Program-made: the position numbers and the translations under genes
Notes under the pieces: generated by a model
The model's input: only the letters and a program-made list of their open reading frames with translations
What the model was told of the DNA's origin: nothing
Databases searched by the model: none
From: a virus
IMG/VR virus record: IMGVR_UViG_3300010391_000120
Location: 5,065-69,064 of that record
Reading direction: 5' to 3' (one strand)
DNA: 64,000 nt
Shown here: in pieces, positions 9,373-20,474 of the stretch
How positions within the stretch are numbered: position 1 is the stretch's first letter
Layout of the letters: each line of letters begins with the position of its first letter

Positions 9373-10983
9373 ATGGTCAACTTTGAAATAAAGTGGTCAG
9401 AGCCATATAAAGTCCAAGATAAAGATGGCGTTGACAAGTGGAGAAGGCATTGGATTATACCTCCTCTCAATCGTTCTTCATTCTTTAATTTTTGGAATCG
9501 TCAGAAATATAAGTTGTGGAGTGAAGGATTCTCTGTAGCGAAACAAGACACAGAATGGGTTGTATATGAAACTAAACTGTGTATTGAAAACTTCAAGTCA
9601 TTCAAAGGCACTCCAACACCAAAAGTAAAAGAAGAAGATTTTTGGCTCCCACCCTATAAAGTTAAAAATGAATCTGGGTTGAGGCCGTGGCAGGTGGAAA
9701 CTATATCATCTTTGGTTCCCATAATAAATAAATTTGGTGCTGCTGTAGATGGATCAGAATTAGGAACAGGAAAAACTTTTTCTGCTATAGGAATTGTTAG
9801 AGAATTAAACTGTCTATTTGTAGTTGTTTGTCCTAAATCCATAAAGCATCAATGGGAAAATGTAATATGTAATCACTTTAAATTAAAAGATAAATTATTA
9901 GGAATTATAAATTATGAACTTTTAATTAGAGGCAGACCTGATTCAGAAATTGCTTCTTATATAACTAATAGAAAAACGCATAGAGAAAAATTTACATGGA
10001 AAATTCCAAGAAATACTATAATTTTGTGGGATGAAAGTCATAGATTAAAAAATTTTAAAACCAAAAATAGTAAATGTTGTATGGAAGCATTTAAACAAGG
10101 TTACAAAATGTTATTTTTAAGTGCTTCATTAGCATCTACTCCATTGGAGTTAAGAACTGTGGGAACAGTATTAGGACTTTTTAAAGGCGCATCAGCATAT
10201 TATCAATGGTGTTATGATCACGGTGTAAGCAAAGGGCACTGGGGCTTAATTTTTGATAATGATCCGATTAAATTAAAGAAAATACATAGATATATTTTTA
10301 TAGAAAGAGGAGTAAGAAAGAAACGAGATTTAATTCCAAATTTTCCTGAAACAGAAATTATTGTAGATTCTTATGATTTAGATGAAGAAAATACAAAAAA
10401 AATAAATCAAATTTATTCTGAAATGAAACAAGAATTAAAAATCATAGAACAAAAAATAAAGAATGATGGTGAAAGTGAATTGACGATTAGATTAAGAGCA
10501 TTACAAAAAACCGAAATTTTAAAAATACCACTGATTGAAGAAATGATATTAGATTCTGTTGAATCAGGAATGTCAGTAGTTGTGTTTCTTAACTTTTCAG
10601 CATCTATTGAAGCTTTATCTAAAAAGTTAAATGTAAATTGTATATATGATGGTAGAGTTGGAGATAAAAAACGATTAGAAAATATAAGAAAATTTCAATT
10701 GAATGAAGAAAAAATATTAATAACTAATAGTGGAGCTGCTCGTGAAGGATTAAACTTAGGAGATGAACACGGGGGATTTCCTCGACTTTCGATTATTTCT
10801 CCAAACGATTCTGCTCAAAAAATGAAACAATGTTTAGGGAGAATTCATCGAGAAAATTCTAAAAGTAAAAGTGTACAAAAACTGATTTATATTTCAGGTA
10901 CTGCTGAGGAGGACGTTATGAAAAATGTTCAACAAAAAATTAGTAATATTGATTTAATTCACGATGGAGATCTTAAAATTTAA
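9373..10983 (+). CDS. SF2 (SNF2-like) helicase
   Basis: LRPWQ, GTGKT, VVCP, DESH, LSAS, AREGLNL, QCLGRIHR motifs. Confidence 0.9.
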   Translation: MVNFEIKWSEPYKVQDKDGVDKWRRHWIIPPLNRSSFFNFWNRQKYKLWSEGFSVAKQDTEWVVYETKLCIENFKSFKGTPTPKVKEEDFWLPPYKVKNESGLRPWQVETISSLVPIINKFGAAVDGSELGTGKTFSAIGIVRELNCLFVVVCPKSIKHQWENVICNHFKLKDKLLGIINYELLIRGRPDSEIASYITNRKTHREKFTWKIPRNTIILWDESHRLKNFKTKNSKCCMEAFKQGYKMLFLSASLASTPLELRTVGTVLGLFKGASAYYQWCYDHGVSKGHWGLIFDNDPIKLKKIHRYIFIERGVRKKRDLIPNFPETEIIVDSYDLDEENTKKINQIYSEMKQELKIIEQKIKNDGESELTIRLRALQKTEILKIPLIEEMILDSVESGMSVVVFLNFSASIEALSKKLNVNCIYDGRVGDKKRLENIRKFQLNEEKILITNSGAAREGLNLGDEHGGFPRLSIISPNDSAQKMKQCLGRIHRENSKSKSVQKLIYISGTAEEDVMKNVQQKISNIDLIHDGDLKI

Positions 10984-10994
10984 TATATATTATT

Positions 10995-11720
10995 ATGAAA
11001 TATATTAGAAAATGTATACAATGTGAACAAAAAATAATTATAAATTCGACTTCTTCATATTATGATTCTATAAAAAGATATAAAAATTATATTTGTAAAA
11101 ATTGTAGAAAATTAAATACTATTCTTAATAGACCAAAAAGAGAAGAATTATTTAAATTATGTCCAAAATGTGGAGAGAAACAAACTTATCTTAAAAGAAG
11201 CAATTTAAATTTAGCTATTAGAAAAAATGTAGAATGTCGTAAATGTTATAGAAAAAAATGCTTAGAAATTAAACAAACAGAAAAATACATAAAACAATGT
11301 CCGGTTTGTAAAAAAGAATTACATTATCCCAATAAAACAAATTATATAAGATCAATAAAAGAAAACAGTGTATGTAGAGGATGTATAAAATTTATTAAAA
11401 AATATAATCCTAAATATAATCCCAATTATAATGAAAAAGCTTGTGATTTTATGGATTTGATAAACAAAGGAAAGGGATGGAATTTGAAACATGCTAGGAA
11501 TAATGGTGCCGAAGTAATGATACTGTGGTATTATCCGGATGGTTATGATAAAGAAAGAAATATTGTTTTCGAATATGATGAGTTTTATCATAATCAACCT
11601 AAACAAAAAGAAAAAGATATTTGTAGAATGAACGAAATAATTGGACATTTACATTGTAAGTTTTACAGATATAATGAAAAAACAAAAGAATTTAAAGAAT
11701 ATGAAGAAAAAACAATTTAG
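10995..11720 (+). CDS. Putative homing endonuclease (Zn ribbons + EDxHD/Vsr-like domain)
   Basis: CxxC repeats; YNEKAC...WNLKHA.N.GAE...PDGYDKERNIVFEYDEFYH. Confidence 0.75.
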   Translation: MKYIRKCIQCEQKIIINSTSSYYDSIKRYKNYICKNCRKLNTILNRPKREELFKLCPKCGEKQTYLKRSNLNLAIRKNVECRKCYRKKCLEIKQTEKYIKQCPVCKKELHYPNKTNYIRSIKENSVCRGCIKFIKKYNPKYNPNYNEKACDFMDLINKGKGWNLKHARNNGAEVMILWYYPDGYDKERNIVFEYDEFYHNQPKQKEKDICRMNEIIGHLHCKFYRYNEKTKEFKEYEEKTI

Positions 11721-11993
11721 TGATGTTTATTCATCAGACAAAATTTATTTGATAGGTCATCGTGGTAATAATTTTTTAGATACTGGATTATTTGATATGT
11801 GGATAAAATGGTATTTTGGTTATATTAAAAATAGTATTAAGAAGAAGGCCAGTCATGAAAAGTCATAGTCATAAGCACAAATATCACGATACTGGTAAGC
11901 TTGTTTATCTTGAGTATGGTGGATATCAATTTCATTATGAACAACAATGTAAATGTGGAAGAAAGAGATTAAGAAAAGGAAAAAGAAAATTAT

Positions 11994-12392
11994 ATGAAGA
12001 ACTCTATGAGATCGAAACTGAAAAGAGTCGTAGTTAAGTGCTTGGATTGGATAGAAGAATTTGATATTGATCCAAATGTATTTGACGACATTTATATGGA
12101 AGCTGCTACTAGAGCTTTAGAAAAAAGAAAAGATGGAGAGAAGTTTCTTGTAACTGTGGTAATGGAAACTTACATTAAATCTGATGTTAAGAAATCACAA
12201 AAGCATTATGTTTATAATACATATTTTGTGTTAATTAACGCTGCTTTACATTTTAAAGCAGAAATGATGAGGTTAAACTTTCTAAAATCACATGGTATTG
12301 ATTTGAGAAAAGAGAGTCTTAAAGGTGACGATAATGGAACAGAATCAAATAACTCAATCAATCCAACATCCCCTCCAACTTCCTCGAATTAA
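11994..12392 (+). CDS. Hypothetical protein
   Basis: 132-aa ORF. Confidence 0.55.
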   Translation: MKNSMRSKLKRVVVKCLDWIEEFDIDPNVFDDIYMEAATRALEKRKDGEKFLVTVVMETYIKSDVKKSQKHYVYNTYFVLINAALHFKAEMMRLNFLKSHGIDLRKESLKGDDNGTESNNSINPTSPPTSSN

Positions 12393-13077
12393 TAGAGATA
12401 AAGTTTTGGGTATTCTAATTAAGCATTTTGATCAGCTAAAAAAGCAAATCAATGATATTAGAAATGAAAAATTAATTGATACTTTACAATTTCCCGAAGA
12501 ACAATTAAAAAAAGTTGAAGTTTTATCACCTCCCCACAGATTAAAAATTAATAAAGGTTGGCGTCCACTTTCAGAATTAGAAATAGATGAAGCTCAAGCT
12601 GCTACGGAAAATGCTACTGAAGCAGCAAAATATCTTGGTATAGATTATCGCACATATAAAAAATGGTGTAAGATACATAATAAATGGAAAATTAATCCTT
12701 GGAGGAAAGGTTTTAAGAAAAAATACTGGGATCCAAATAAAGGTAAATATCCACTTAATCAAATACTTGAAGGAAAATTTCCAAATTATCCAGTTTATAG
12801 ACTTAAAGATTTATTAATTCGCAGCGGTTTAAAAAAAGCTGAATGTGAAGTTTGTGGTTTTAATGAACACAGGATTACCGACGGTAAAATGCCTTTGTTA
12901 GTTAATTTTATAGATGGCAACGAAAAAAACCGCAAATTAGATAATTTACAAATTCTTTGTTATTCTCATTATTTTCTTCAAGGAAGAGGATATATTAGAC
13001 AAGGTAAAGTTGAATTTAATTTTAAAGACCCGGACAGACTTCAAGGTTCTTCTCATAAAATAGATGCAAGATTTTAA
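12325..13077 (+). CDS. HTH + degenerate HNH-like domain protein
   Basis: ATEAAKYLGIDYRTYKKW HTH; CEVCGF...LLVNFIDGNEKNRKLDNLQILC, with the usual HNH His replaced. Confidence 0.6.
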   Translation: MTIMEQNQITQSIQHPLQLPRINRDKVLGILIKHFDQLKKQINDIRNEKLIDTLQFPEEQLKKVEVLSPPHRLKINKGWRPLSELEIDEAQAATENATEAAKYLGIDYRTYKKWCKIHNKWKINPWRKGFKKKYWDPNKGKYPLNQILEGKFPNYPVYRLKDLLIRSGLKKAECEVCGFNEHRITDGKMPLLVNFIDGNEKNRKLDNLQILCYSHYFLQGRGYIRQGKVEFNFKDPDRLQGSSHKIDARF

Positions 13078-13109
13078 GTTATACTACTGCTTGACGATAT
13101 TTATAGTTA

Positions 13110-13568
13110 ATGAATCAAGAAGTAAATCATATTCTATCTAAAGAAGGTATTTTAACGACATTTTCTATAGCAAAAAAGGTCGCTAAAAAGGACATTCTTA
13201 ATCTTCAAAAGCAGTTAGAATTAGCTAAATTTAAAACTTCGAAATTTAAAAAAATCTTTGCTGAAAAAATGTTGGAAGAAACAAAAAAAGCATTTTTAGA
13301 TCATAAGATTCCAGGTTTAATTGTTCCAGGTCAGAATATTCCAGATGAAGAAAAAAGAAAAATGATGGAATTAACATATTTTGCTTCGGTAGTAGCAAAA
13401 AAAATTGGAGAGAAAAAGATTAATAAATTTCATTCCTGTTATATAATAAATGCGATAGTAAACATGTTAGGATTAACAGAAAGTGATTTTGATGAATTCC
13501 ACAGGAAGTTTTCTAAATACAAAGACGGATCAGAAGGATCTGGAACCTCAGACCAAGTGGATTTATAG
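13110..13568 (+). CDS. Hypothetical protein
   Basis: 152-aa ORF preceded by TATTTATA (13098-13105). Confidence 0.55.
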   Translation: MNQEVNHILSKEGILTTFSIAKKVAKKDILNLQKQLELAKFKTSKFKKIFAEKMLEETKKAFLDHKIPGLIVPGQNIPDEEKRKMMELTYFASVVAKKIGEKKINKFHSCYIINAIVNMLGLTESDFDEFHRKFSKYKDGSEGSGTSDQVDL

Positions 13569-13668
13569 TGAATGGTTCAAAGAGTGGGAATATTTGTCTA
13601 AAGGGGAATATGGAAAATAAAATAACTTTACAAATAACACTATAATGATATATTAAAGTAGAAAAGAT

Positions 13669-14472
13669 ATGGTTATGAAAATACAAAATCAATTCGAGAA
13701 ATTTTGTCCTAAATGTGGCAAATTACAATCTTATTCTCGAATTGATTCTTTCAAATTGGCTATCAAAAATGATAGTATCTGTAATAGTTGTTGTCAAAAG
13801 GGGCACAAAGTTTCTTCCGAAACAAGAGAAAAAATTGGAAATTTTCACAAAGACAAACTCAGATCCAAAGAAACTTGTGAAAAAATGAGTATATCTACAA
13901 AAGGAAGAAAACTTTCTACAGAACATATAGAAAAAATTCGTAAATCATTAACAGGAAGAAAACTATCACAAGATCACATTAAAAATCGAAGTAATTCCCA
14001 AAAAGGAAAGCCATATCCGATAGAAGCGAGAATGAGAAATAGTATATCTATGAAAGGCAGACCCAGTTGGATAAAAGGAAAACATCATACGGAAGAAACA
14101 AAATATAAAATAAGAATTGGTGTAATAAATAATTCAAAAAAGAGAAATATTTTTCCATATAAAAAAAGTTATAATCCAAAAGCTTGTGAATATCTTAATA
14201 AATTAAATGAAAAATTTGGATGGAATTTACAGCACGCAGAAAACGGTGGTGAAATAGAATTATATGGGTATTTTGTTGATGGTTATGATAAAGAAAGAAA
14301 TATAATTATAGAGTATGATGAATGTAATCATAATAGACCAAACAGAAAAGAAAAAGATATAATAAGGCAAAATAATTTAATTGAAAAAATAAATCCTACC
14401 TTATTTTTAAGATACGATGAACAGTGGGACAGATTATATGATTGTAAAACACATTTAGAAGTAAATAAATGA
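13669..14472 (+). CDS. Putative homing endonuclease (NUMOD3 repeats + EDxHD/Vsr-like domain)
   Basis: SSETREKIG, HHTEETKYKI NUMOD3 motifs; WNLQHAENGGE...VDGYDKERNIIIEYDECNH. Confidence 0.8.
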   Translation: MVMKIQNQFEKFCPKCGKLQSYSRIDSFKLAIKNDSICNSCCQKGHKVSSETREKIGNFHKDKLRSKETCEKMSISTKGRKLSTEHIEKIRKSLTGRKLSQDHIKNRSNSQKGKPYPIEARMRNSISMKGRPSWIKGKHHTEETKYKIRIGVINNSKKRNIFPYKKSYNPKACEYLNKLNEKFGWNLQHAENGGEIELYGYFVDGYDKERNIIIEYDECNHNRPNRKEKDIIRQNNLIEKINPTLFLRYDEQWDRLYDCKTHLEVNK

Positions 14473-15518
14473 ATAATATAGCGTTAATAACAGGTGCTAA
14501 TGGAATGGATGCTAAAACTTTAACTCATTTATTATTAAGTAAAGATTATAAAGTTATTCTCACCTATAGGAGAAATTCATTTTTTGATGAAAAAAATATT
14601 AAATCTTTATTTAAAGATGATTTAATTAAATATCCAAATTCTAAATTAGAATGTGAAGTATGTGATATATCATGTCAAAATAGTGTAATTGAATGTGTTA
14701 AATCTACAATTGAAAAACATAGTAGAATAGATGAAATATATCATTTAGCAGCTATGTCTCATGTAGGCAATAGCTTTAAACAAAAAGAATTATCAATAAA
14801 TGTTAATGGTCAAAGTCATTATTATTTTTTAGAAGCATTAAAGAACCATAGTTCAAAAACGAAATATTATGGAGCAATGACTAGTGAATTGGTTGGAGGT
14901 ATGATAGATGGATCTTTCAATGAAGAATGTAAATGGAATCCTAAATCTCCATATGCTATAGGAAAAGCATTAGGTGCTCGGTGGATAGATTTTTACAAAG
15001 AATCTGATGATTCTAAACTTTTTTCATGTTATGGAATACTTTTCAATCATTCTAACATTTATAGAAATTTTGATTTTGTTATAAGAAAAATTACGAACAC
15101 AGCAGCTAAAATATCTTTAGGAAAAGAAAAAAACTTAAAATTAGCTCATTTAAATTGGGCCAGAGATGAACATTGGTCAGATTTTGGATGCGAAATGATG
15201 TGGATAATGCTTCAACAAAAGAAACCACAAAATTTTGTTATAGGAAATGGTATAACTCACTGGGGAGAAGAATATGTTGAGTTAGCATTTAATCATTTTA
15301 ATTTAGATTGGAAAAAATATATAAAATTTGATAAAAATTTAGTGAGGCCAAATGAAGTTATAAGGCTACAGGCAGATAGTTCAAAAGCTCAACAATTATT
15401 AGGATGGGTTCCAAATAGAATATCATTTAAAAAACACATAGAATTATTATGTGATTATGATATAAAATTAGAAAAAGGAGAAAATCCTTCGTGGTTTAAT
15501 ATATTTGATTTAAAATAA
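14469..15518 (+). CDS. gmd: GDP-mannose 4,6-dehydratase
   Basis: ALITG, DEIYHLAAMSHV..SF, TSEL, PKSPYAIGK, GILFNHS, FVIRKIT, RPNEV..L.AD.SKA...LGW. Confidence 0.9.
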   Translation: MNNIALITGANGMDAKTLTHLLLSKDYKVILTYRRNSFFDEKNIKSLFKDDLIKYPNSKLECEVCDISCQNSVIECVKSTIEKHSRIDEIYHLAAMSHVGNSFKQKELSINVNGQSHYYFLEALKNHSSKTKYYGAMTSELVGGMIDGSFNEECKWNPKSPYAIGKALGARWIDFYKESDDSKLFSCYGILFNHSNIYRNFDFVIRKITNTAAKISLGKEKNLKLAHLNWARDEHWSDFGCEMMWIMLQQKKPQNFVIGNGITHWGEEYVELAFNHFNLDWKKYIKFDKNLVRPNEVIRLQADSSKAQQLLGWVPNRISFKKHIELLCDYDIKLEKGENPSWFNIFDLK

Positions 15519-15607
15519 TAAAAAATAGATTACCAATCTATATATTATTAACGAAATCGCCTGTATGAGGCGCTTTTAAAATCAAAAAATTGAAAGTTTA
15601 AGTTTAT

Positions 15608-16291
15608 ATGAAAAAAAATCTTACGTACATTATATTCGTCGTTGATCGTTCTGGTTCAATGAGTTCCATCTGTAAAGACATGATAGGCGGCTTTAATGCG
15701 TTTATCAAAGAACAACGCAAAATCAAGGGAGACTGTAAAGTTTTCTTTTATCAATTTGATACAGAATACGACACTGTTTATGAGAAAGTCAACCTAGACA
15801 ATGTTAATGATTTGGATGATAAAACCTATGTTCCAAGATGGGGCACTGCTCTTTATCCTTCTCTTGGTAAAACCATTGAAGATATAGGTAAAAAACTATC
15901 TTCTATGAGAGATTATGAAAGACCAGAAAGAATATTGTTTGTAACGATTACTGATGGTATACACAATTCAAATCTTAGTCATATAAATGGAAAGCAACTT
16001 AAATGGAATGAACCTTTTCATCAGTTTACTTCTGATCAAGTAAAGAGTATGATTGAACATCAAACTCAGGTTTATAATTGGGACTTTGCCTATATAGGGG
16101 CTAATCAAGATACCTGGGCTGTAGGTAGTGGGATGGGGCATACGAAGGGTACCACCCTATCATATGTTGCTAGCGCAACAGGTACATCGAATATGTGGGA
16201 TAAACTATGTGGTAGCACTGCTACCTATCGTTCATCTACCACAAAAAAGAAGTTTACTTTTGAGGAAGAAGAAACAAAGACAAAATCTTAA
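15608..16291 (+). CDS. von Willebrand factor A domain protein
   Basis: MIDAS DRSGSM, GTAL, ITDG, YIGANQD. Confidence 0.9.
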   Translation: MKKNLTYIIFVVDRSGSMSSICKDMIGGFNAFIKEQRKIKGDCKVFFYQFDTEYDTVYEKVNLDNVNDLDDKTYVPRWGTALYPSLGKTIEDIGKKLSSMRDYERPERILFVTITDGIHNSNLSHINGKQLKWNEPFHQFTSDQVKSMIEHQTQVYNWDFAYIGANQDTWAVGSGMGHTKGTTLSYVASATGTSNMWDKLCGSTATYRSSTTKKKFTFEEEETKTKS

Positions 16292-16328
16292 GAATTATGA
16301 ATTTCAACAAGATTGTTGATAAAATTAG

Positions 16329-16371
16329 AAAGGGATTTAGCCGATACTTTACTTCGGTTAGTCTCTTTTTT
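16329..16371 (+). terminator. Intrinsic terminator ending the + strand block
   Basis: AAAGGGATTTAGCCGA / TCGGTTAGTCTCTTT stem followed by T-run. Confidence 0.65.
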
Positions 16372-16484
16372 GTAAAAATCAATGAAACTTTTATTTACTT
16401 CAACCTCAACTACAGTCCCGTCATTCTCCCTTACTTGTATTACAACAGTTTTTAATTTTAACATACAATCATAACTATAATAGA

Positions 16485-16516
16485 AACAAAAAAGCTCGTC
16501 GTAAACAACGAGCTTT
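16485..16516 (-). terminator. Intrinsic terminator ending the - strand block
   Basis: AAAGCTCGT / ACGAGCTTT inverted repeat with adjacent A-run. Confidence 0.7.
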
Positions 16517-16523
16517 CATTTTT

Positions 16524-17189
16524 TTAATCGTCGATGGTTAAAAGGAACGGCTTCCATGTAGGATGTTTTACTTCCCTGATCATTGCTGACAGAGGAATTG
16601 GAGGCGGAGCCTTCGGTTGACGAATTAGTTTAAGTCCAACTTCATTATTGAATCTATTACCCTTTTCAGAGTTGACTTTCTTATGAGTAATAACTAAGTT
16701 TTCCCATGTATCTCTACCACCCTTTGATTGAGGTATAACATGATCTATTGTTCCATCTTCACGACGAAGTTTTACACCTTTATATTGATCAATACCATTA
16801 TCACGAATCCAAATGGCTTCTTTTGATGGTTTACCGCGAAATGTTTTTTTAGGCATCTTATTGAAGTTTTTAGCAATAAGAACTGTCGGTACACGCATTT
16901 TTTTCAGTCCATTAGAATAATGAACTGCATCATCTTCTTCCCATGAACGAATTGGGAGCTTTAACCACTCATCCCAATTACAAGGAATGATTGATATTGG
17001 ATTTCCTGATGGGGCACCATATTCGTCTAATATATAATTGCCTTGGTCATCCTTAACATAATCAAAGTCGAGGGCTGTAGCAGAAAGACCTGCAGCTAAA
17101 TCAACAATAGCCCGACCTACGGAACTGAATCCCACAGGTTGCCATGCTTTATTTAACTTTAGGACTATTACTTTGTTAATAATGTTCAT
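16524..17189 (-). CDS. HNH endonuclease (McrA-like family)
   Basis: VLKLNKAWQP N-terminus; IWIRD...QY...TIDHVIPQSKGGRDTWENLV...N.EKGN. Confidence 0.85.
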   Translation of the reverse strand: MNIINKVIVLKLNKAWQPVGFSSVGRAIVDLAAGLSATALDFDYVKDDQGNYILDEYGAPSGNPISIIPCNWDEWLKLPIRSWEEDDAVHYSNGLKKMRVPTVLIAKNFNKMPKKTFRGKPSKEAIWIRDNGIDQYKGVKLRREDGTIDHVIPQSKGGRDTWENLVITHKKVNSEKGNRFNNEVGLKLIRQPKAPPPIPLSAMIREVKHPTWKPFLLTIDD

Positions 17190-17225
17190 ATCTTATTCTA
17201 TCACACAAATAAAAAAAGTCAAGTT

Positions 17226-17887
17226 CTATAGTATTTCATCTACAAGACCGAACTTCAAACACTCTTTAGCACTCAAAAATAGATCATGTTTTAGAAGCTC
17301 TTCAAGTTGTTTTGCTTTAAACTTGCTTTTCTTTAAATATACACTTTTAATCAAAGTCATATCAATTCAAGATTTTTGATTTCATCTTTGAATTGCATAT
17401 AGTTTCCCCATAATCCAGAACTTACTTGATGAATAAGCATACAAGAGTTCTTTGTAATAAATCTCTGGTGACCCGCTGTAGAGAGGAGGGTAGCTCCGCT
17501 GGCCACCACCCCCTCACAAAAAGTATGGATGGGTACTTCATTATTCATAATTCTATCTACAGACGCCATCGAAGCGAATACATCGCCTCCATCAGAACAA
17601 ATATGAACTTCAATAGGAGGCGGAGAAACGAGATTATAGGTCAGTTGTATAATCTTCATTTGTTTGGTTACATTATCAATTTGCTTATTCAGTGTTAAAA
17701 TGGTATCTTTGGAAATATCTGTATAGAAATAAATCTTATTTCCTTGTGGTTCGCCTTCCATTTGAGGCTTTTCAAATGAAACCACTTTTTGATCTTCATT
17801 TTCAGCCGCTGTTTCTGTTTCATTTCTCCAAATACGCATATAAATGTTCCTTTGGTTGCTATTATGGTTATAAATAGAATGGCCCAA
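17226..17887 (-). CDS. clpP: ClpP-like protease, split by a 1-nt frameshift at ~17358
   Basis: ICSDGGDV, GVVASGAT (Ser) and MLIHQ (His) in 17357..17887; C-terminal MTLIKSVYLKKSKFKAKQLEELLKHDLFLSAKECLKFGLVDEIL (Asp motif) in the -1 frame at 17226..17360. Confidence 0.8.
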
Positions 17888-17914
17888 ACCTTTTGCTTGG
17901 TTTGAGCCATTTTT
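17878..17914. terminator. Hairpin/terminator
   Basis: AATGGC.CAAACC / GGTTTG.GCCATT inverted repeat followed by T-run. Confidence 0.45.
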
Positions 17915-18056
17915 GATTTTTTTTTACTTTAATATATTTTCTGTTTCGTATATAGTTAGCTTTTTTTCTTCCCAAATGGCATACCATTTAAAAATTAAAA
18001 GTCAATAAATTGTTATTCTGGTGTAGTTTCCACCTTTTGATTCATATTTATACCAT

Positions 18057-18827
18057 ATGAATATAACAGATAAACAATTTAAATTTGCGAAAGAAAATGT
18101 AAACCTAATATCATGTAGGTCTATGGCAAAAATGTTAGGCACAACTTATAATATTCTAAGATATCAATGTTTGAAACGTGACATTACATTTCCAAAATAC
18201 AAAAACAATGGAAATATTAATCTTTTCTATAATATTGATAAACCACAAATTGCTTATTTACTTGGATTTTTTTGGGCAGATGGATGTATAAGAACTGGTC
18301 AAACAGGTATAGAAATATCTATTTTATATGATGATGGAGTGCGTTTAGAAAATACTATACAAAATCTAATAAAATATAGAAAATACATTAGAAAAAGAGA
18401 AGGAAAAAGAAAAACATTAACTTTAATAATAAATGATGTATTACTTGTAAAATTATTAAAATCTCAATTTGATTTTCATAATAAAAATTACCATTTTTTT
18501 AATCTATTGACTATTCCTACTCAATTAAAAAAATATTTTTTAAGAGGATACTTGGATGGCGATGGTCACATAGCACAAACTAAAGTATCTTTTTCAGCAT
18601 CCTATGATTGCGACTGGAATAACTTTATATTACTACTTAAAAGTATCGGAATAGTAGAATATAAAATTAGAAAATATATTGCCAAAGAAAATCACAAATC
18701 ATCTACAATGATAATAAACTTAAAAAATAACTCGTGTAAACTATTAGAGTTTATTTATGATGGATATGAAACTGATGGTATAGGATTAAGCAGAAAATAT
18801 AACTCCTTTAAGTTGTATTATTCTTAA
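18057..18827 (+). CDS. LAGLIDADG homing endonuclease (free-standing, opposite strand to neighbours)
   Basis: AYLLGFFWADG and FLRGYLDGDG motifs. Confidence 0.9.
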   Translation: MNITDKQFKFAKENVNLISCRSMAKMLGTTYNILRYQCLKRDITFPKYKNNGNINLFYNIDKPQIAYLLGFFWADGCIRTGQTGIEISILYDDGVRLENTIQNLIKYRKYIRKREGKRKTLTLIINDVLLVKLLKSQFDFHNKNYHFFNLLTIPTQLKKYFLRGYLDGDGHIAQTKVSFSASYDCDWNNFILLLKSIGIVEYKIRKYIAKENHKSSTMIINLKNNSCKLLEFIYDGYETDGIGLSRKYNSFKLYYS

Positions 18828-19095
18828 TCCCAATAGGTAGGTTTGTTAAAATCTACACAATTGGCAAATCTTTCATAATCCCACATATAGATACCAATTT
18901 GGTCACTGGGTAAATTGTGTGATTTATCATTAGCAGGCACAACTACACAAGTGTTTCCTGGTCCAGCAACTTTTTCATATTTTTCGGTCCATCGTTTTCC
19001 GTGAAGTTTTTGTATATCTTCAAACAAAACGTATGATATTCCATCATATTTTCGTGATTTTAAACGCTTTATTTTTTTATTAGTAGTCATAGATA

Positions 19096-19389
19096 TTAAA
19101 AAAGTCCCATCTTTAAGTAATCCCATTTATCTTTTGGAAATTGATCACTTCCTTCTTTCCAACCTTCCGTTTTTAGATCGGAAATAATGTGTTGTTTAGC
19201 AGCTTTTGCTGCTTCATCTCCCCATCGTTTTCTTACTTCATTTATTCCGGTTTCGTGATGTCTTAATCTTCGATGGTGGATACCATATTCTGGCCATTCA
19301 AAAAATTCATCTAACCATTTATGAACTTCACAAAAGGGGTTTCCAAATAAAGTTACCGATTCGGCACAATGTTGATCAAATGAAGGCAT
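19096..19389 (-). CDS. His-rich small protein (DUF6915-like)
   Basis: HCAESV..FG...VHKWLDE...HRRLRHH..GI...A.QHII.DL pattern. Confidence 0.55.
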   Translation of the reverse strand: MPSFDQHCAESVTLFGNPFCEVHKWLDEFFEWPEYGIHHRRLRHHETGINEVRKRWGDEAAKAAKQHIISDLKTEGWKEGSDQFPKDKWDYLKMGLF

Positions 19390-19694
19390 ATCGTTATATT
19401 ATGAGACATTTCATCCCATAATATACCACAGGAGAGGGGGCAAGTCAAACTCTATCAGTGAGGATACTGATAATTCTTAGAACACTTACCACAGAGAAGA
19501 AAATCATTCCACAGGGAACCACTTGTCCATCCATCTGGCAGTAAATGTTTCTGTAAACCCACATCACGCTTCATCCAATATACGCGTGATTTACAGTTGA
19601 GACAATTTACGAAAACTTTACTACCACGAAACTCAATACCACTGGGGCAGAGTCCTTCCATAATATTATTTTATTCTTATTTCATTCAAAATAA

Positions 19695-19982
19695 TTAATA
19701 ATAATAACCCCTAGTGCCTTCCCATTGAATACTTTTTTTGCCATCGCTCCACGTAATAATCTCTGCATATTTCCCCAGGTTAACAGCAACGCGGGCTGGA
19801 ATAACTACCATAATACTTTCAGTTTTTATTTGTGTATAAGTATTCTCTCTATAAGAAACAGTGATTGATTGGGCATCTATTATTTTTCCCACAGAAACCG
19901 TAGAGACAACTGTAGGGGGTTTGTTAGAAAAGGTACACCCGGCCAATAACAAACAAATTGATATTAAAATAAAAAGTTTCAT
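19695..19982 (-). CDS. Putative lipoprotein
   Basis: MKLFILISICLLLAGC lipobox. Confidence 0.7.
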   Translation of the reverse strand: MKLFILISICLLLAGCTFSNKPPTVVSTVSVGKIIDAQSITVSYRENTYTQIKTESIMVVIPARVAVNLGKYAEIITWSDGKKSIQWEGTRGYYY

Positions 19983-20474
19983 AATTTTTCTGTTGAATAT
20001 ATTACGGTATAATAATCCTACTTTTTTCTCGTTTTTCCCAGCCCGCTTTTAACATATCTTCCTCAGTAAGAATAGATATATCATCCTTATTAGATAGAAA
20101 TAGAACTGTAACCTTCTTAGCTTTAAGCAATTCAAATCTTGGCTCCAAAACATGCTTAACCACTCCCATTTGAAACTTATAAGCATACTCAGGTTCCTCT
20201 GAATTGACCCTAATCATCAAAACCGAGTTTGGTTTTACATTATCAAGATCTAATTGTTTACCCCATTCAAGAATACCATCCACTAAAGGATTAGGCCTTA
20301 CTTCTTGGGCAACAACCGTTTCACCTTTTTCAGCCTTCAAATCGTTTTCAACTTCAACTTGAATATCAAGCACCATTTGATCCGCTAATTTCTTCTGTTC
20401 TTCGTTCATTTGTATTTTCTTTCTTTTTTTCTTTGGATTTATTCCAACTTATAATTTATTTTACATTTTTCTTA

